Positions 18,990-29,142 are shown, counted from the stretch's first letter. The stretch is 64,000 nt of DNA from an uncultured Alphaproteobacteria bacterium (GCA_963746235.1 CAVVCE010000007.1:19854-83853), one strand, 5' to 3'. Numbers and translations are program-made. The notes: a model not told the origin generated them from the letters alone.

Positions 18990-20750
18990 ATGGCTGGGAC
19001 ACTTCCGATCTCGGTCGCCGAACGCAGGCTGACGGTCACCCGCTGGGACCTGCTCGCGGTGCTGCTGGTGCTCGGGGTCATGGTGTTCCTGGCCGAAGCG
19101 AGCCGCCACCTGCTGGCGCCGCTCACCGACCTGCAGATGACGCCGATCTCGCTCGACCCCGCGAACCTGCCCGAATATGCGGCGCGCACCACGCTGCGCA
19201 TGCTGGCGGCGTTGGTGCTGTCGCTGGTCTTCACCTTCACCTATGCGACGCTCGCCGCCAAGAACAAGCATGCCGAGCTGCTGCTGGTGCCGCTGCTGGA
19301 CATCCTCCAGTCGGTGCCGATCCTCGGCTTCATCTCGGTCACGGTGGTGTTCTTCATGTCGCTCGTCCCGGGACGGGTGCTGGGCGCGGAATTCGCCGCG
19401 GTGTTTGCAATCTTCACCAGCCAGGCCTGGAACATGGCGTTCAGCTTCTACCAGTCGCTGCGCACCGTGCCGACGGAGCTGGTGGAGGCGTCGCACGTGT
19501 TCCGGCTGTCGCCCTGGATGCGGTTCTGGCGCCTCGATGTGCCGTTCGCGATGCCCCAGCTCATCTTCAACATGATGCTGTCGATGTCGGGGAGCTGGTT
19601 CTTCGTCGTCGCTTCCGAGGCGATCAGCGTCGGCAACACCACGATCACGTTGCCCGGCGTCGGATCCTACATCGCGCTCGCCATCGAGCAGCGCAGCCTG
19701 GTTGCGGTCGCCTGGGCGATCGGCACCATGCTGGTGGTCATCCTCCTGTATGACCAATTGCTGTTCCGGCCGCTGGTGGCGTGGTCGGACCGGTTCCGCT
19801 TCGAGCAGGAGGCCGGCGCCCTGCCGCCGCGATCCTGGGTGCTCGACGTGCTGCGCCGGTCGGGCGTGGTCGCGCGCCTCGGCGATCAGCTTTCGCTGGT
19901 GTGGCGGCGCTCGCTCCCCCGCCGTCTGCTGCATTCCAACGCCAAGCCGACCAACGCCAAGCCCACCAACGCCAAGCCGATGGTCGCGCGGCCCGATCGG
20001 GACGACCGCTGGATCGCCCCGCTGTGGACCGCCGCCGTCGCCGCCCTGGCACTGCTCGCGATCTGGCAGATCGGCCGCTTCATCGCCGACGGCGTCAACC
20101 TCGCCGAGGTCGGCAAGGCGCTGCTTCTCGGCGTCGCGACCCTGGTGCGGGTCGTCGTGCTCATTGCGATCGCGAGCGTCATCTGGGTGCCGATCGGCGT
20201 CGCGATCGGCATCCGTCCCCACCTCTCCAATCTCATCCAGCCGGTGGCGCAGTTTCTCGCGGCGTTTCCGGCGAACCTGCTGTTTCCGATCGCGGTCTCG
20301 GCGATCGTCGCGTTCCGGCTCAATCCCGATATCTGGCTCAGCCCGCTGATGATCCTGGGGACCCAGTGGTACATCCTCTTCAACGTCATCGCCGGCGCGG
20401 CTGCGATCCCGGCGGAGCTGCGCGACGCCGGCACCAATCTGCAGGTCCATGGCTGGCTGTGGTGGCGCAAGATCGGGCTGCCCGCGGTGTTTCCCTACTA
20501 TGTGACCGGCGCCATCACCGCCTCCGGCGGCTCGTGGAATGCCAGCATCGTCGCCGAAGTCGCGACCTGGGGAGACGTGCGCCTGCAGGCCAACGGCCTC
20601 GGCGCCTATATTGCGGTGGCGACCGAGGCGGGCGATTTCCACCGCATCGTCCTCGGGATCGTCATCATGAGCAGCTTCGTGGTGGTCATCAACCGGGCGT
20701 TCTGGCGCCCGCTCTACTGGTACGCCGAACGCAAGTTCCGGCTGGGATGA
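18990..20750 (+). CDS. ABC transporter permease, duplicated (two BPD-type permease halves; nitrate/sulfonate/taurine family)
   Basis: 586-aa ORF with two homologous halves, each with an EAA-like loop (ELVEASHVFRLSPWMRFWRLDVP / ELRDAGTNLQVHGWLWWRKIGLP). ATGA overlap with the ATPase gene. Confidence 0.8.
   Translation: MAGTLPISVAERRLTVTRWDLLAVLLVLGVMVFLAEASRHLLAPLTDLQMTPISLDPANLPEYAARTTLRMLAALVLSLVFTFTYATLAAKNKHAELLLVPLLDILQSVPILGFISVTVVFFMSLVPGRVLGAEFAAVFAIFTSQAWNMAFSFYQSLRTVPTELVEASHVFRLSPWMRFWRLDVPFAMPQLIFNMMLSMSGSWFFVVASEAISVGNTTITLPGVGSYIALAIEQRSLVAVAWAIGTMLVVILLYDQLLFRPLVAWSDRFRFEQEAGALPPRSWVLDVLRRSGVVARLGDQLSLVWRRSLPRRLLHSNAKPTNAKPTNAKPMVARPDRDDRWIAPLWTAAVAALALLAIWQIGRFIADGVNLAEVGKALLLGVATLVRVVVLIAIASVIWVPIGVAIGIRPHLSNLIQPVAQFLAAFPANLLFPIAVSAIVAFRLNPDIWLSPLMILGTQWYILFNVIAGAAAIPAELRDAGTNLQVHGWLWWRKIGLPAVFPYYVTGAITASGGSWNASIVAEVATWGDVRLQANGLGAYIAVATEAGDFHRIVLGIVIMSSFVVVINRAFWRPLYWYAERKFRLG
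19938..19979 (+). repeat. 15-bp in-frame tandem repeat (NAKPT x2.8) in the inter-domain linker of the permease
   Basis: AACGCCAAGCCGACC / AACGCCAAGCCCACC / AACGCCAAGCCG. Confidence 0.9.
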
Positions 20751-22064
20751 CGAGGGCGATCGCAATGAGCGCAACAGCCGGCCTGCTCGAAATCGATTCC
20801 GTCCGCCAGGCGTTCCCGCGGCCCGACGGCGGCCAGCTCCTGGTTCTCGACGACATCAACCTCAAGCTCGCCGAGGGCGAGATCGTCGCGCTGCTGGGAC
20901 GGTCGGGCTCGGGCAAGTCGACCTTGCTCCGGCTGGTTGCCGGGCTGGCGCGCCCGACCGCCGGCTCGCTCAGCTATCTGGGCGAGCCGATCACCGGCCC
21001 GGCGCCGGGCATCTCCATGGTGTTCCAGTCGTTCGCCCTGTTCCCCTGGCTCACGGTGCTGGAGAACGTCGAACTCGGCCTGGAGGCGCTGCATGTGCCC
21101 GACGCCGAGATCAGGCAGCGCGCGCTCGCCGCCATCGACCTGATCGGGCTCGATGGCTACGAATCCGCCTATCCGCGCGAATTGTCGGGCGGCATGCGCC
21201 AGCGCGTCGGGTTTGCCCGCGCACTCGTGGTGCATCCCAACATCCTCCTGATGGACGAGCCGTTCTCGGCGCTCGACGTGCTGACCGCCGAAAACCTGCG
21301 CACCGACTTCCTGGAGCTGTGGAGCGACCGCCGTCTCCCCATCAAGGGCGTGATCCTGGTCACCCACAACATCGAGGAGGCGGTGCTGATGAGCGACCGC
21401 ATCCTCCTGTTCTCGCGCAATCCCGGCCACATCATCGAGGAGATCAAGGTCGACCTGCCGCAGCCGCGCAACCGGCTGGAGACGCGGTTCCGCGAACTGG
21501 TCGAGCGCATCTATGTGGCGATGACGGCGCGGCCGGCCGCAGCGCCGCGCACCGCGCCGCCTCCGGAGCGCGGCATCGACGCCGTGCTGCCGCGGGTGTC
21601 CGCCAACCTCGTCTCCGGGCTGATCGAGGCCGTGGCGGGTCCGCCCTATAACGGCAAGGCCGACCTGCCGCTGATTGCGAGCTCCCTGCACATGGAGGTC
21701 GACGACCTGTTTCCGGTCGCCGAGACGCTGCAGATGCTGCGTTTCGCCGAGATCGAGCGGCGGCGACATCCGCCTCACCGATGCCGGCAAGCAGTTCGCC
21801 GACGCCGCGATCGACGACCGCAAGCGGCTGTTCCAGCGCCAGTTGCTCACCTATGTGCCGCTCGCCGCCCATATCCGCCGGGTCCTGCAGGATCGCGCCA
21901 ATCACATGGCGCCCAAGAGCCGGTTCCTCGACGAACTCGAAGACCACATGATCACCGAATCCGCGGAGCACACCCTGCGGGCGGTGGTGGCGTGGGCACG
22001 CTATGCGGAAGCGTTCGCCTATGACGATGAATCCGGCACCTTCAGCCTGGAGAATCCGAGCTAG
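20747..22064 (+). pseudogene. ABC transporter ATP-binding protein with C-terminal AAA-associated domain, +1 frameshift near 21757-21763
   Basis: Walker A GRSGSGKST, signature LSGGMRQR, Walker B ILLMDEP. The C-terminal domain continues as GGDIRLTDAGKQFADA... in ORF 21675..22064. Length is 3n+1. Confidence 0.8.
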
Positions 22065-22084
22065 CCTGCGAGACCAGGATCGCG

Positions 22085-22353
22085 ACCTACCCCGTGCTCA
22101 AGCTGGTCGGCGGCAACATCGGGCTGGTCGACGAACCGGCGCTGACCGCGCTCAACATGCGCTACGCGACGATTACTCCACCGACTGCGCCAAGGGCATC
22201 GAGCGCTGGAACAAGATCATCGCGCGCAGCGGCGTCGATTTTCGACTGGCACTTCCCATGTGGCATTGGGGCGGGCGAGGGGCGACCGTCAAGCCTGATC
22301 CGGACGTTGCTGCGCGGAAGCCAACACTGAGGACAATTGATTTCAATAGATGA
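22085..22353 (+). pseudogene. Internal fragment of an unidentified enzyme gene (possibly BoxB-type di-iron oxygenase C-terminal region), frameshifted and truncated
   Basis: PVLKLVGGNIGLVDEPALTALNMRY in one frame is followed by DDYSTDCAKGIERWNKIIARSGVDFRLALP in another. There is no start and no proper C-terminus. The family guess is from memory only. Confidence 0.35.
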
Positions 22354-23116
22354 AATTGGGTTCGTTCTGCCAAAAGCAGCCCTTTGAGGTCGGCGAGCCC
22401 GCTGATTTCTGGCGTGTGCGGTCATCCGCCAACGCATCGCGCAGACGCTGCGCCATCGGCGCGTTGAGTGTGGCTTCAATCCGCGAGCCAGCCAGGGGTG
22501 GGGTCCCTCGCCAAGTTGCCTCTTCAACGAAGTCGGGAACTCCGGGTGTCTGTCCCCCGCCTATATGGGTGGGGCTGTCGTCCGCGCTCACAAGCTAGTT
22601 CCACACCAGGCCCAAGCCGTTCCAAGAGGGTTGTTTTGGATGAATTTGCCCAGATTTCGTGGCAAAAAGCTCGATCCCGTGGCCCCGGGAAAGCGTCCAA
22701 TTCTCGGCCGGAATCCGTTTAAGTAATTAAAATCACTTATTTAAATCAAGGTTGAAGCCGCCTGTGTAGTGTCAACATGAGGCCTGTAGACAAAAAATAC
22801 ATCCGATATGCTTCCTTTGCGTCGGAACTGCCGTTTTTATTATGCTAAAACAATGGCTTAGTCAACCATGAAAACGTTGCACGAGTGTGGGAGCACAACA
22901 TCAAGCGAATGGCGTATGGGTCATCACCCTCCTGTGACACGTCCACGCCCATAATTCAACGATAAGCCAGTGTAATCAAGGGGATGGTCAGGCTTGATTC
23001 GGCCTATCACATCACGGGGCGATATGTAGGGGCCTGCGTCCCGCGTCTACATATCTTTTTGCGCGATTATCGAATGATATGATCGTTTTTAGACGCTTCA
23101 TTATTTTACCGGTTAT

Positions 23117-23714
23117 TCATATGACCGCGCAGACCGCCCCAGGATACCTCCTCAACCCTATTGTGATACCGGCGGAATTCACCACCTTGCCCCACCCACT
23201 TCTCGGTTTTCGGGGCCGAACTCCAGACTTCAGCCGGCGGACTGACAAACATCTCGGCGCCCAGATGGGCCATTCCCACTCGGGCCGTCGTGTCAAGATC
23301 AGGGCCGACCAGCCCTTGGGATCTCGCACTCCATTCTGATGCGGCCTTGGCAGCACCGACGGGCCCCGCAGGAGCGCCTCAGCGGGCCAACGCCGCTCAA
23401 CGTCTTCCGGGCGATACCGACCTTGCCGTCCTCGATCGTAACCCAGGACTGGCCTTCCGCGTGGAGCGTTACTCGGCGCGGTCAAGCCGCATGATCGTCT
23501 TGCAGCAGCGCGACCAGTTTTCTTCCTCAATGCGTGTTGTCCTCGCGAACCACCCCGACCTGGTTTCGACCCGCAAGGCCCCGTCGGGTCTAACCGCTTG
23601 ACTGAATGCGATGAAATCCGGCAGCTCTCCGGGAGCCGTGTATTGCTCGAGCTTGCAGGATTTCTTGACGATGGCTTCGCGACGCATGTAGTCGGTCCGG
23701 CTTAAGCCCCTCAA
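23117..23714 (-). pseudogene. Decayed gene of unknown family (needs three reading frames)
   Basis: Protein-like stretches lie in consecutive frames: MRREAIVKKSCKLEQYTAPGELPDFIAF..., then LHAEGQSWVTIEDGKVGIARKTLSGVGPL, then MAHLGAEMFVSPPAEVWSSAPKTEKWVGQGGEFRRYHNRVEEV. Confidence 0.3.
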
Positions 23715-23901
23715 TTATTTACTGCACCGGCAACCCGCAAAAGTCCCAGCCTCCTAATCTCACTGCGCCACGGGATCCGGTGCCTCCAAAATCGTAAGGA
23801 CCCTCTCGCAAAACAGCTCGATCAAGCGAGAGTTGTGTAAGATATCTGGGCCAAAGGGGCTACAGCGAAGGCCAAGCCTGCCGCCCGCTTGATTGCCTGG
23901 G

Positions 23902-24258
23902 CTAATGGTTTAGGTGCCGGCGTCGCTTCCGCCGAGAGGCACGAGGTGGGTTCTGAACGGCCTGCAAAGGTGCCGGCGAAGGAGATTGGGCGGATACTGA
24001 TTCTTCCTCAGGCGAGACGGCTGTTGGAGCGGCGTGAAAGCCTGGGCCGTCCGGCATTGGATCGTCGTTGCGGCGGCCGGTTGCAGAACCTTCTGATATC
24101 CACGCGATCCTCTCCTGATTTTCAGCGTGCATCAGATAACGCTGCGAAAGGCGGTCGTAATAGTCGCGAAAGAAGGGGTTCACCGCATCTCTGGATAGTT
24201 CGGAAAATTTGGCCGCATTGCTTCGATAACGTACAGCTGCGCTCAATGGATCGGGCAT
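23902..24258 (-). CDS. Hypothetical protein
   Basis: 118-aa ORF with a helical N-terminal half (AAVRYRSNAAKFSELSRDAVNPFFRDYYDRLSQRYLMHAENQ). No recognised domain. Confidence 0.4.
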   Translation of the reverse strand: MPDPLSAAVRYRSNAAKFSELSRDAVNPFFRDYYDRLSQRYLMHAENQERIAWISEGSATGRRNDDPMPDGPGFHAAPTAVSPEEESVSAQSPSPAPLQAVQNPPRASRRKRRRHLNH

Positions 24259-24442
24259 AACACGCTCCCATACGCTTCTACATGCCCCTACCCGTGCATC
24301 GGTAGTTGCGGAATTCCACAGAGCAAGGGAACTAACCGTGGCGATTTGACGGCCGCGTCGGGCGGCCGCTGCTTCGCGGCAGCGCTGGCGGGCGCGGCAG
24401 TGCAGCGGGCCGGAATCACCGGCCAGCTCCAGCCTGCAAAGC

Positions 24443-25011
24443 TCAGGCTTCGAGGATTGCCACGATTTCCATCGAACGCGGATCCACGATTACGATTTGG
24501 TCGCCGATCATGAAATAGTCGTATCGCGCCATGCCGGTTGGATGGCGAAGATCGCCTGGGGAACCGGAACGAAGTGAACCGAACGCGGCAACGGCCTTCC
24601 AACTGCCACGTCAAAATCGACCTCATTGACCCGCGGTGTGTTCCGCTCTCCTGCAAAGACCGCATGGAGGCGAGTCCGCTGCTCGGGCGAAATGTCGAAC
24701 CGCACCCCTGGCGGGGGCCGCCCCTTGACCGGTCGTATTGCGGCCATTCCCGCGATCTTCCGTCGGCCGGGCTTCTATTGGACCTGACCCGTATGATTCG
24801 GGCCCGATTCGCCTCGCTGTTCCGCGGAATTTCTGCGGCTGTCCTCGCCCGCCCCATTTTGCGCCGGCGCGCTCCCATTGTGGGTAGCCGCGCCACCCGG
24901 AACCGCGCCTGCGCCCTGGTGCACGCCGGGCGCCCCATTGGTAGCCGCTCCCCAGCCCAGCAGACCTCTTGCGGCGAATATCACTTGGCTGAGCTGAAGG
25001 TCGCCGTCCAC
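24443..25011 (-). pseudogene. DUF1236-family protein gene with an in-frame TAG and a -1 frameshift
   Basis: ISPEQRTRLHAVFAGERNTPRVNEVDFDVAVGRPLPRSVHFVPVPQAI..PAWR, then in another frame YDYFMIGDQIVIVDPRSMEIVAILEA. A Gly/Ala-rich N-terminal part is separated by a TAG at 24772-24774. Confidence 0.6.
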
Positions 25012-25130
25012 GGGAACGGGCGGAGGCTATGTTATGCCGGGGAGTGTCATCTTCGGCCCGGAGCGGGGCGCGGCACAGTTCTCAGTCCGATGGCGGCGCC
25101 TTGATGTTCAGGTAGACCGTCTCCGCAGAT

Positions 25131-25604
25131 CTATTCTGGAAGATCTTGCAGCGACACGGCTTCCAAAAACGCCATATCGAACGCCGTTGCCGCCGACCGG
25201 CGGCGCGACAGCGCGCGACGTTCATACCGATCGAGGCTTTTGAGCTGACGCACCTGTTCGCAGACGAGCAGTTCGGCCTGCACCGCCCCCGGTTCGCTCC
25301 CGGTTTCCTCGTCCAGCGCGAGCAAACAGGCGTGGTATCGGGCCTTGCGTATACGATCAAGATCGATCTGCGCCTCGGCGAACCTGCGGGCCATTTCGAG
25401 CACTCCGGGGCTCGCGGTCTCTCCCACGATGTGGCGCGCGAGTTCCTCGACCTGCTCGGACAGTCGGGGATCGGAGACGACCGAGACGCTGAAACCGTGG
25501 CGGCGCGCGTTGCGGGAGGCGCGCGCCTTGCCCCACCGCGTCCGCGGGCCGGTACTCAATCGCGCGTTGTTCCAGTTCGCCTCGATCTGCCGCAACGTGC
25601 TCAT
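25131..25604 (-). CDS. Conserved hypothetical protein (second gene of a two-gene cassette)
   Basis: 157 aa. N-terminus LRQIEANWNNARLSTGPRTRWGKARASRNARRHG recalls a family common on alphaproteobacterial mobile DNA. ATGA overlap with the upstream ORF. Confidence 0.55.
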   Translation of the reverse strand: MSTLRQIEANWNNARLSTGPRTRWGKARASRNARRHGFSVSVVSDPRLSEQVEELARHIVGETASPGVLEMARRFAEAQIDLDRIRKARYHACLLALDEETGSEPGAVQAELLVCEQVRQLKSLDRYERRALSRRRSAATAFDMAFLEAVSLQDLPE

Positions 25605-26278
25605 GCGACCTCGCGGCGCGTCGGATCATTGTCTGCGCCCGGATCCGGATCATTTTCTGCTTTTTTGACCTGCCCCTCTCCATTCGCTCCCGAGGCCGGA
25701 TCTCCGGTGATGCCTGAGACTGGATCTCCGGCGATTTCTGAGGCCGGCCCACCAGTGGGGCCGGCGGCTCCGCAGACCGGCGCATGTTCGCTAAAATCCC
25801 CTTCGATGATATCGTCTGACGCCTTGCGGAGGCGTGCGGCCAGGATTTTCCGATAGCTTTCGATTTCATTCAACATTGCCGTCCGGCGGCCTTCTGCCAC
25901 CTCGAGCAACTTATTGATGCTCTCAAAGGTCTCCAGGCGTTCGAGGAACAATTCTGCCTTGCCCAGAGCCGTTGCATAATACAGCTCGTTATGGGCTCGA
26001 ACGCTCGGGTTGATTTGGTGGCGCTCTTCCTCCTTAACAGGGATGACCTGCGCTTGGTATTTCCGCAGCTCCCGTATATTCCAGGTATAATCGGCGACAT
26101 CCTTGAGATAGATCCACTCAATCGCATTCGCCGGCTCGACAGCTTGGGCCATCGCCACGGCGAGCTTCCAATAGTCTTCCTGGCTTTCAGACGGATGGAC
26201 CGGCGGCGGTCCCCACAGCTTCTTGATGGCGGCGGGCATCTGCGTCGTCCCTCTGATGATCAACTGCTTTTTGGCCAT
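25601..26278 (-). CDS. Conserved hypothetical protein (first gene of a two-gene cassette)
   Basis: 225-aa ORF with lower GC, a helical core (IEWIYLKDVADYTWNIRELRKYQ) and an acidic Gly/Pro-rich tail. Confidence 0.55.
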   Translation of the reverse strand: MAKKQLIIRGTTQMPAAIKKLWGPPPVHPSESQEDYWKLAVAMAQAVEPANAIEWIYLKDVADYTWNIRELRKYQAQVIPVKEEERHQINPSVRAHNELYYATALGKAELFLERLETFESINKLLEVAEGRRTAMLNEIESYRKILAARLRKASDDIIEGDFSEHAPVCGAAGPTGGPASEIAGDPVSGITGDPASGANGEGQVKKAENDPDPGADNDPTRREVA

Positions 26279-26577
26279 ACGACAACTCCACGGCGTTGCG
26301 CCCGAACCCTACCGAACCACAGACCGCGACCCCACCAAAACGAGGCGCCACGGATTCACATTTCTGCGCCGCGCCGATTTTGTCTGGGTCGCCGGTTTAG
26401 GCGAAATCCATCCAGGGCAATCCTCTTCTTCCACACCGTTTTCCGGGCGGGACGTCCTGTGGCTGTGCCTCGACCCGATCCATCGACACGTCGACTTTTT
26501 GAACTTTGATTTGACGTTTTGTCTTGGATGCCGCATATTAGACCAATCAATATGACTAGTCAAACGGAGAGTCGCTT

Positions 26578-26823
26578 ATGCGCGAATTCCAGGCCTCCGA
26601 AGCCAAGGCGCATCTGGCCAGCCTGCTCGATGCGGTTGAGCGCGGCGAGACCATTGTCATCACCCGACATGGCAAGCCGATCGCACGCATCGTGCCGGAG
26701 GCCGATCTTCGTCAGGCCGAAATCAATCGCGTGATTGCTGAGATCGAGGAATTTCGTAGGACCATGCCGTCCATTCCCCTGAAGGAACTCGTCTCGGCGC
26801 GTCACGAAGGACACGAATACTGA
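26578..26823 (+). CDS. Phd/YefM-type antitoxin
   Basis: 81 aa: MREFQASEAKAHLASLLDAVERGETIVITRHGKPIARIVP. Its stop overlaps the start of the PIN toxin gene. Confidence 0.85.
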   Translation: MREFQASEAKAHLASLLDAVERGETIVITRHGKPIARIVPEADLRQAEINRVIAEIEEFRRTMPSIPLKELVSARHEGHEY

Positions 26824-27224
26824 TGCCGTTCGTCATTGACGCGTCGGTGGCGGTCTGTTGGTTCATCCCCAACGAGCGCCATCCCATCGCCGACGCTGGA
26901 TTTCAAAGGATCAGGCTTGATCCGGCGGTCACCTCGGTCCTGTGGTGGTATGAGATTCGCAATGTGCTGATGGTCAACGAGCGGCGCGGGCGCCTGGACA
27001 ATGAAAAGACTGCTCGCGTACTTCGCTTGCTCCGGGGGCTTCCGGTCGCGATGGACACAGACGTCGAGGAAGAAGCGCTGATGCAACTGGCCCGGCGGCA
27101 CCGCCTCACGGTGTACGACGCTGCCTACCTGGAACTCGCGCTGCGCAAAGGGTACCCGTTGGCGACGCTCGGCGCCGCGCTCGCGAACGCTGCGCGGGCC
27201 GAGGGGGTTCCCTTGCTCGGGTGA
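26823..27224 (+). CDS. vapC: VapC PIN-domain toxin
   Basis: 133 aa. PIN acidic residues D6 (VIDAS), E44 (YEIRN) and D99 (VYDAAYLELA) are present. The fourth conserved Asp position reads LATLG (Gly117). Confidence 0.85.
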   Translation: MPFVIDASVAVCWFIPNERHPIADAGFQRIRLDPAVTSVLWWYEIRNVLMVNERRGRLDNEKTARVLRLLRGLPVAMDTDVEEEALMQLARRHRLTVYDAAYLELALRKGYPLATLGAALANAARAEGVPLLG

Positions 27225-27618
27225 CGGCGGACCTGAGCAAAATCTGCCAGATAACCGTCGGGCGCGAGGCTGTCAGTAGCGCGAGGCGGTGCGCAGTGTG
27301 CGCGCGAGGCGGTCGAGGAGGCCATCGCGCAGACGCGTATCAGGGATCGACGGGCGCTGACCGGTCACGATTATCAACTCGCGGCCGTGGCCATCATCGA
27401 CGGTCGGAGCCACTGTCCGCGATCGACCAAATTCTGCACGATTTCGGCGAAAACTGTCGGCCAATCGTTGAGCAGTTCTTCGCCGAGATCGCCCGAAATC
27501 GCATTCGCCGCGGAGCCCTTTGTCTGGGCCAAGTCTGCCGGTGAAATCCTCGAAGGTCGCCAAAACGAAACAAGTGTTAGAGTCAGTACACAGTCGTCTC
27601 ATGTCTTTGGTTGAGCAC

Positions 27619-27825
27619 TCATCCCACGCTCGCTATCTGCTCGGTGAGGGGTACACTTTCGGCGAGCCAAGCTTCGCGAGGCGTCAGCGAATGGTCTAGC
27701 CCGCAGTAGGGACAATGAGCGATGATCGTCGCTTCCGAAACGAGCCCCAACGTCTCGGTATCCGTGTCTACGCCCGCGGGGAAATTGCGATCCGTCATCG
27801 GACATCGCAACATCAATCGTCCCAT
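27619..27825 (-). CDS. Small Cys-pair (zinc-ribbon-like) protein
   Basis: MGRLMLRCPMTDRNFPAGVDTDTETLGLVSEATIIAHCPYCGLDHSLTPREAWL, with a CP...CPxC arrangement. Confidence 0.5.
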   Translation of the reverse strand: MGRLMLRCPMTDRNFPAGVDTDTETLGLVSEATIIAHCPYCGLDHSLTPREAWLAESVPLTEQIASVG

Positions 27826-27967
27826 AGAGAGCCCTCCCATTCGTCTGGCGCGCGACGCTTGCATCAGGAGCGCGCCGACGAACAAACTCGCCGGCGGAGG
27901 ATTGGTTCCAATATTGCCGTGTCTGAACTGCAGGGGCTATGCCCCGAGCCCCGTGCGCGACGGTCGC

Positions 27968-28216
27968 TTACTCCCGTTCGTGTTCGCGCGGCTTCCTATC
28001 GGCCGCAAAGACCATCGCCGCGACGCACTCATCGAACTCGGCGTATAGCCTGGCCTCCGTAGTTTGACGAACATTTATGCCGGTATCCAATTGGGCCAAC
28101 AATTCGAGGAGCCCCGGCGAAAGCGGCTCCATCAGGTCGTACTTTTCCCGGAGCGCCTCTCCGAGTTTGGATCGGACAGCTACAAAATACGGGCGCTCTT
28201 CAAAATCGCCTTCCAT
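27968..28216 (-). CDS. NepR-like anti-sigma factor candidate
   Basis: 82 aa. LGEALREKYDLMEPLSPGLLELLAQL resembles the NepR core (LG..LR..YD....P.P..F..LL..L). Confidence 0.45.
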   Translation of the reverse strand: MEGDFEERPYFVAVRSKLGEALREKYDLMEPLSPGLLELLAQLDTGINVRQTTEARLYAEFDECVAAMVFAADRKPREHERE

Positions 28217-29142
28217 GACATCACCGCTGCGAGAGACAGGTCGTAAAGCGGCAACGCGATCTCTCTTCCAATAGTTCCTGGAACAACCTCGCCGGATCTC
28301 CCCGGTGTCGTTAAGAGATCAGGCCGTCGAGGTCATTTCGCCCCAATCACGTCCGGCTTAAGTCCGGCGAGGCCTTTGGGCACCGTGCTGGATCACCTCG
28401 TCAGCAGTGCCACAAAGCGTTTCCGGGAAGGCCGAGCGCTTGGCGGTCTTGACGGTGCCTCGTCATCGCGTTTAGGCGCTCCCTGATGCGTCGGGGCGCC
28501 ACAGTTCACCCAGCGGAAACCCAACTCGCCCCTTAGCCGGAGGTTGCTCGCCGAAGGCATTGACATTGCGATAGGCAGACAAATTATCCGCGTGTCGCAC
28601 TCGACGATCACCGAACCTTGCCCGGATTTTGACGAGAATGTCGTGGACGCCTCTTTCTTCACCCCCATCATGCCTGAGCATTGCGGCCGCATGGACCGGT
28701 GCCGCCATCGATGGTTGGCGAGGCCTATCGTGGTCTTGAATGAAGAGGCGGGTTGGCTGGCCAATATTCTCCGGCATCCTTTTTTACAACGGTCCGGAAT
28801 GAAGGGAGTGGTGGGGGCACGCTTGCGGCGAGGGCGTCGCCTCTGGCGCCTTGTTTATGTTGGTGACGGCGACGACGTTTCATCCCTTTCGCCGCCTCTT
28901 GACCAGCCCTATAAGCGCGCGCCGCGCCAAACCATCGGCGTCCGCCTTGCCCGGCACGAGACCACCAAGATTTGCTCAGTCGTAAAGCACGGGAGCGATC
29001 TTCCACCTCAAGCAAGCCCACTCGCATGCGCAGCCCTTCGCCTCGGATAATCGTTTGTTAAGTGAGACGCCAATATAACTGCCACGGGATCTCCTACAGC
29101 GTTTCTACAATTTTGCTGAGGAGCTTGGGGGACCATCTCAAG

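Noticed and set aside
18450-20774. 774-aa minus-strand ORF across the ABC permease
   Set aside because: Antisense shadow ORF. The plus strand encodes a convincing duplicated permease.
23021-23060. GATATGTAG-N17-CTACATATC followed by TTTTT as a terminator
   Set aside because: The stem is AT-rich, the loop is 17 nt, and there is no upstream plus-strand gene. It is mentioned only as part of the junction description.
27273-27602. 109-aa minus-strand ORF. An alternative frame gives ANAISGDLGEELLNDWPTVFAEIVQNLVDRGQWL, joining to ELIIVTGQRPSIPDTRLRDGLLDRLA
   Set aside because: It looks like another frameshifted remnant, but no family could be assigned, so it is not listed as a feature.
28393-28777. 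Two overlapping minus-strand ORFs (...HDILVKIRARFGDRRVRHADNLSAYRNVNAFGEQPPAKG...GELWRPDASG / ...SRPPSARPSRKRFVALLTR) suspected to be a transposase or integrase remnant
   Set aside because: I could not match them to any transposase or integrase motif set from memory, so they are left unannotated.
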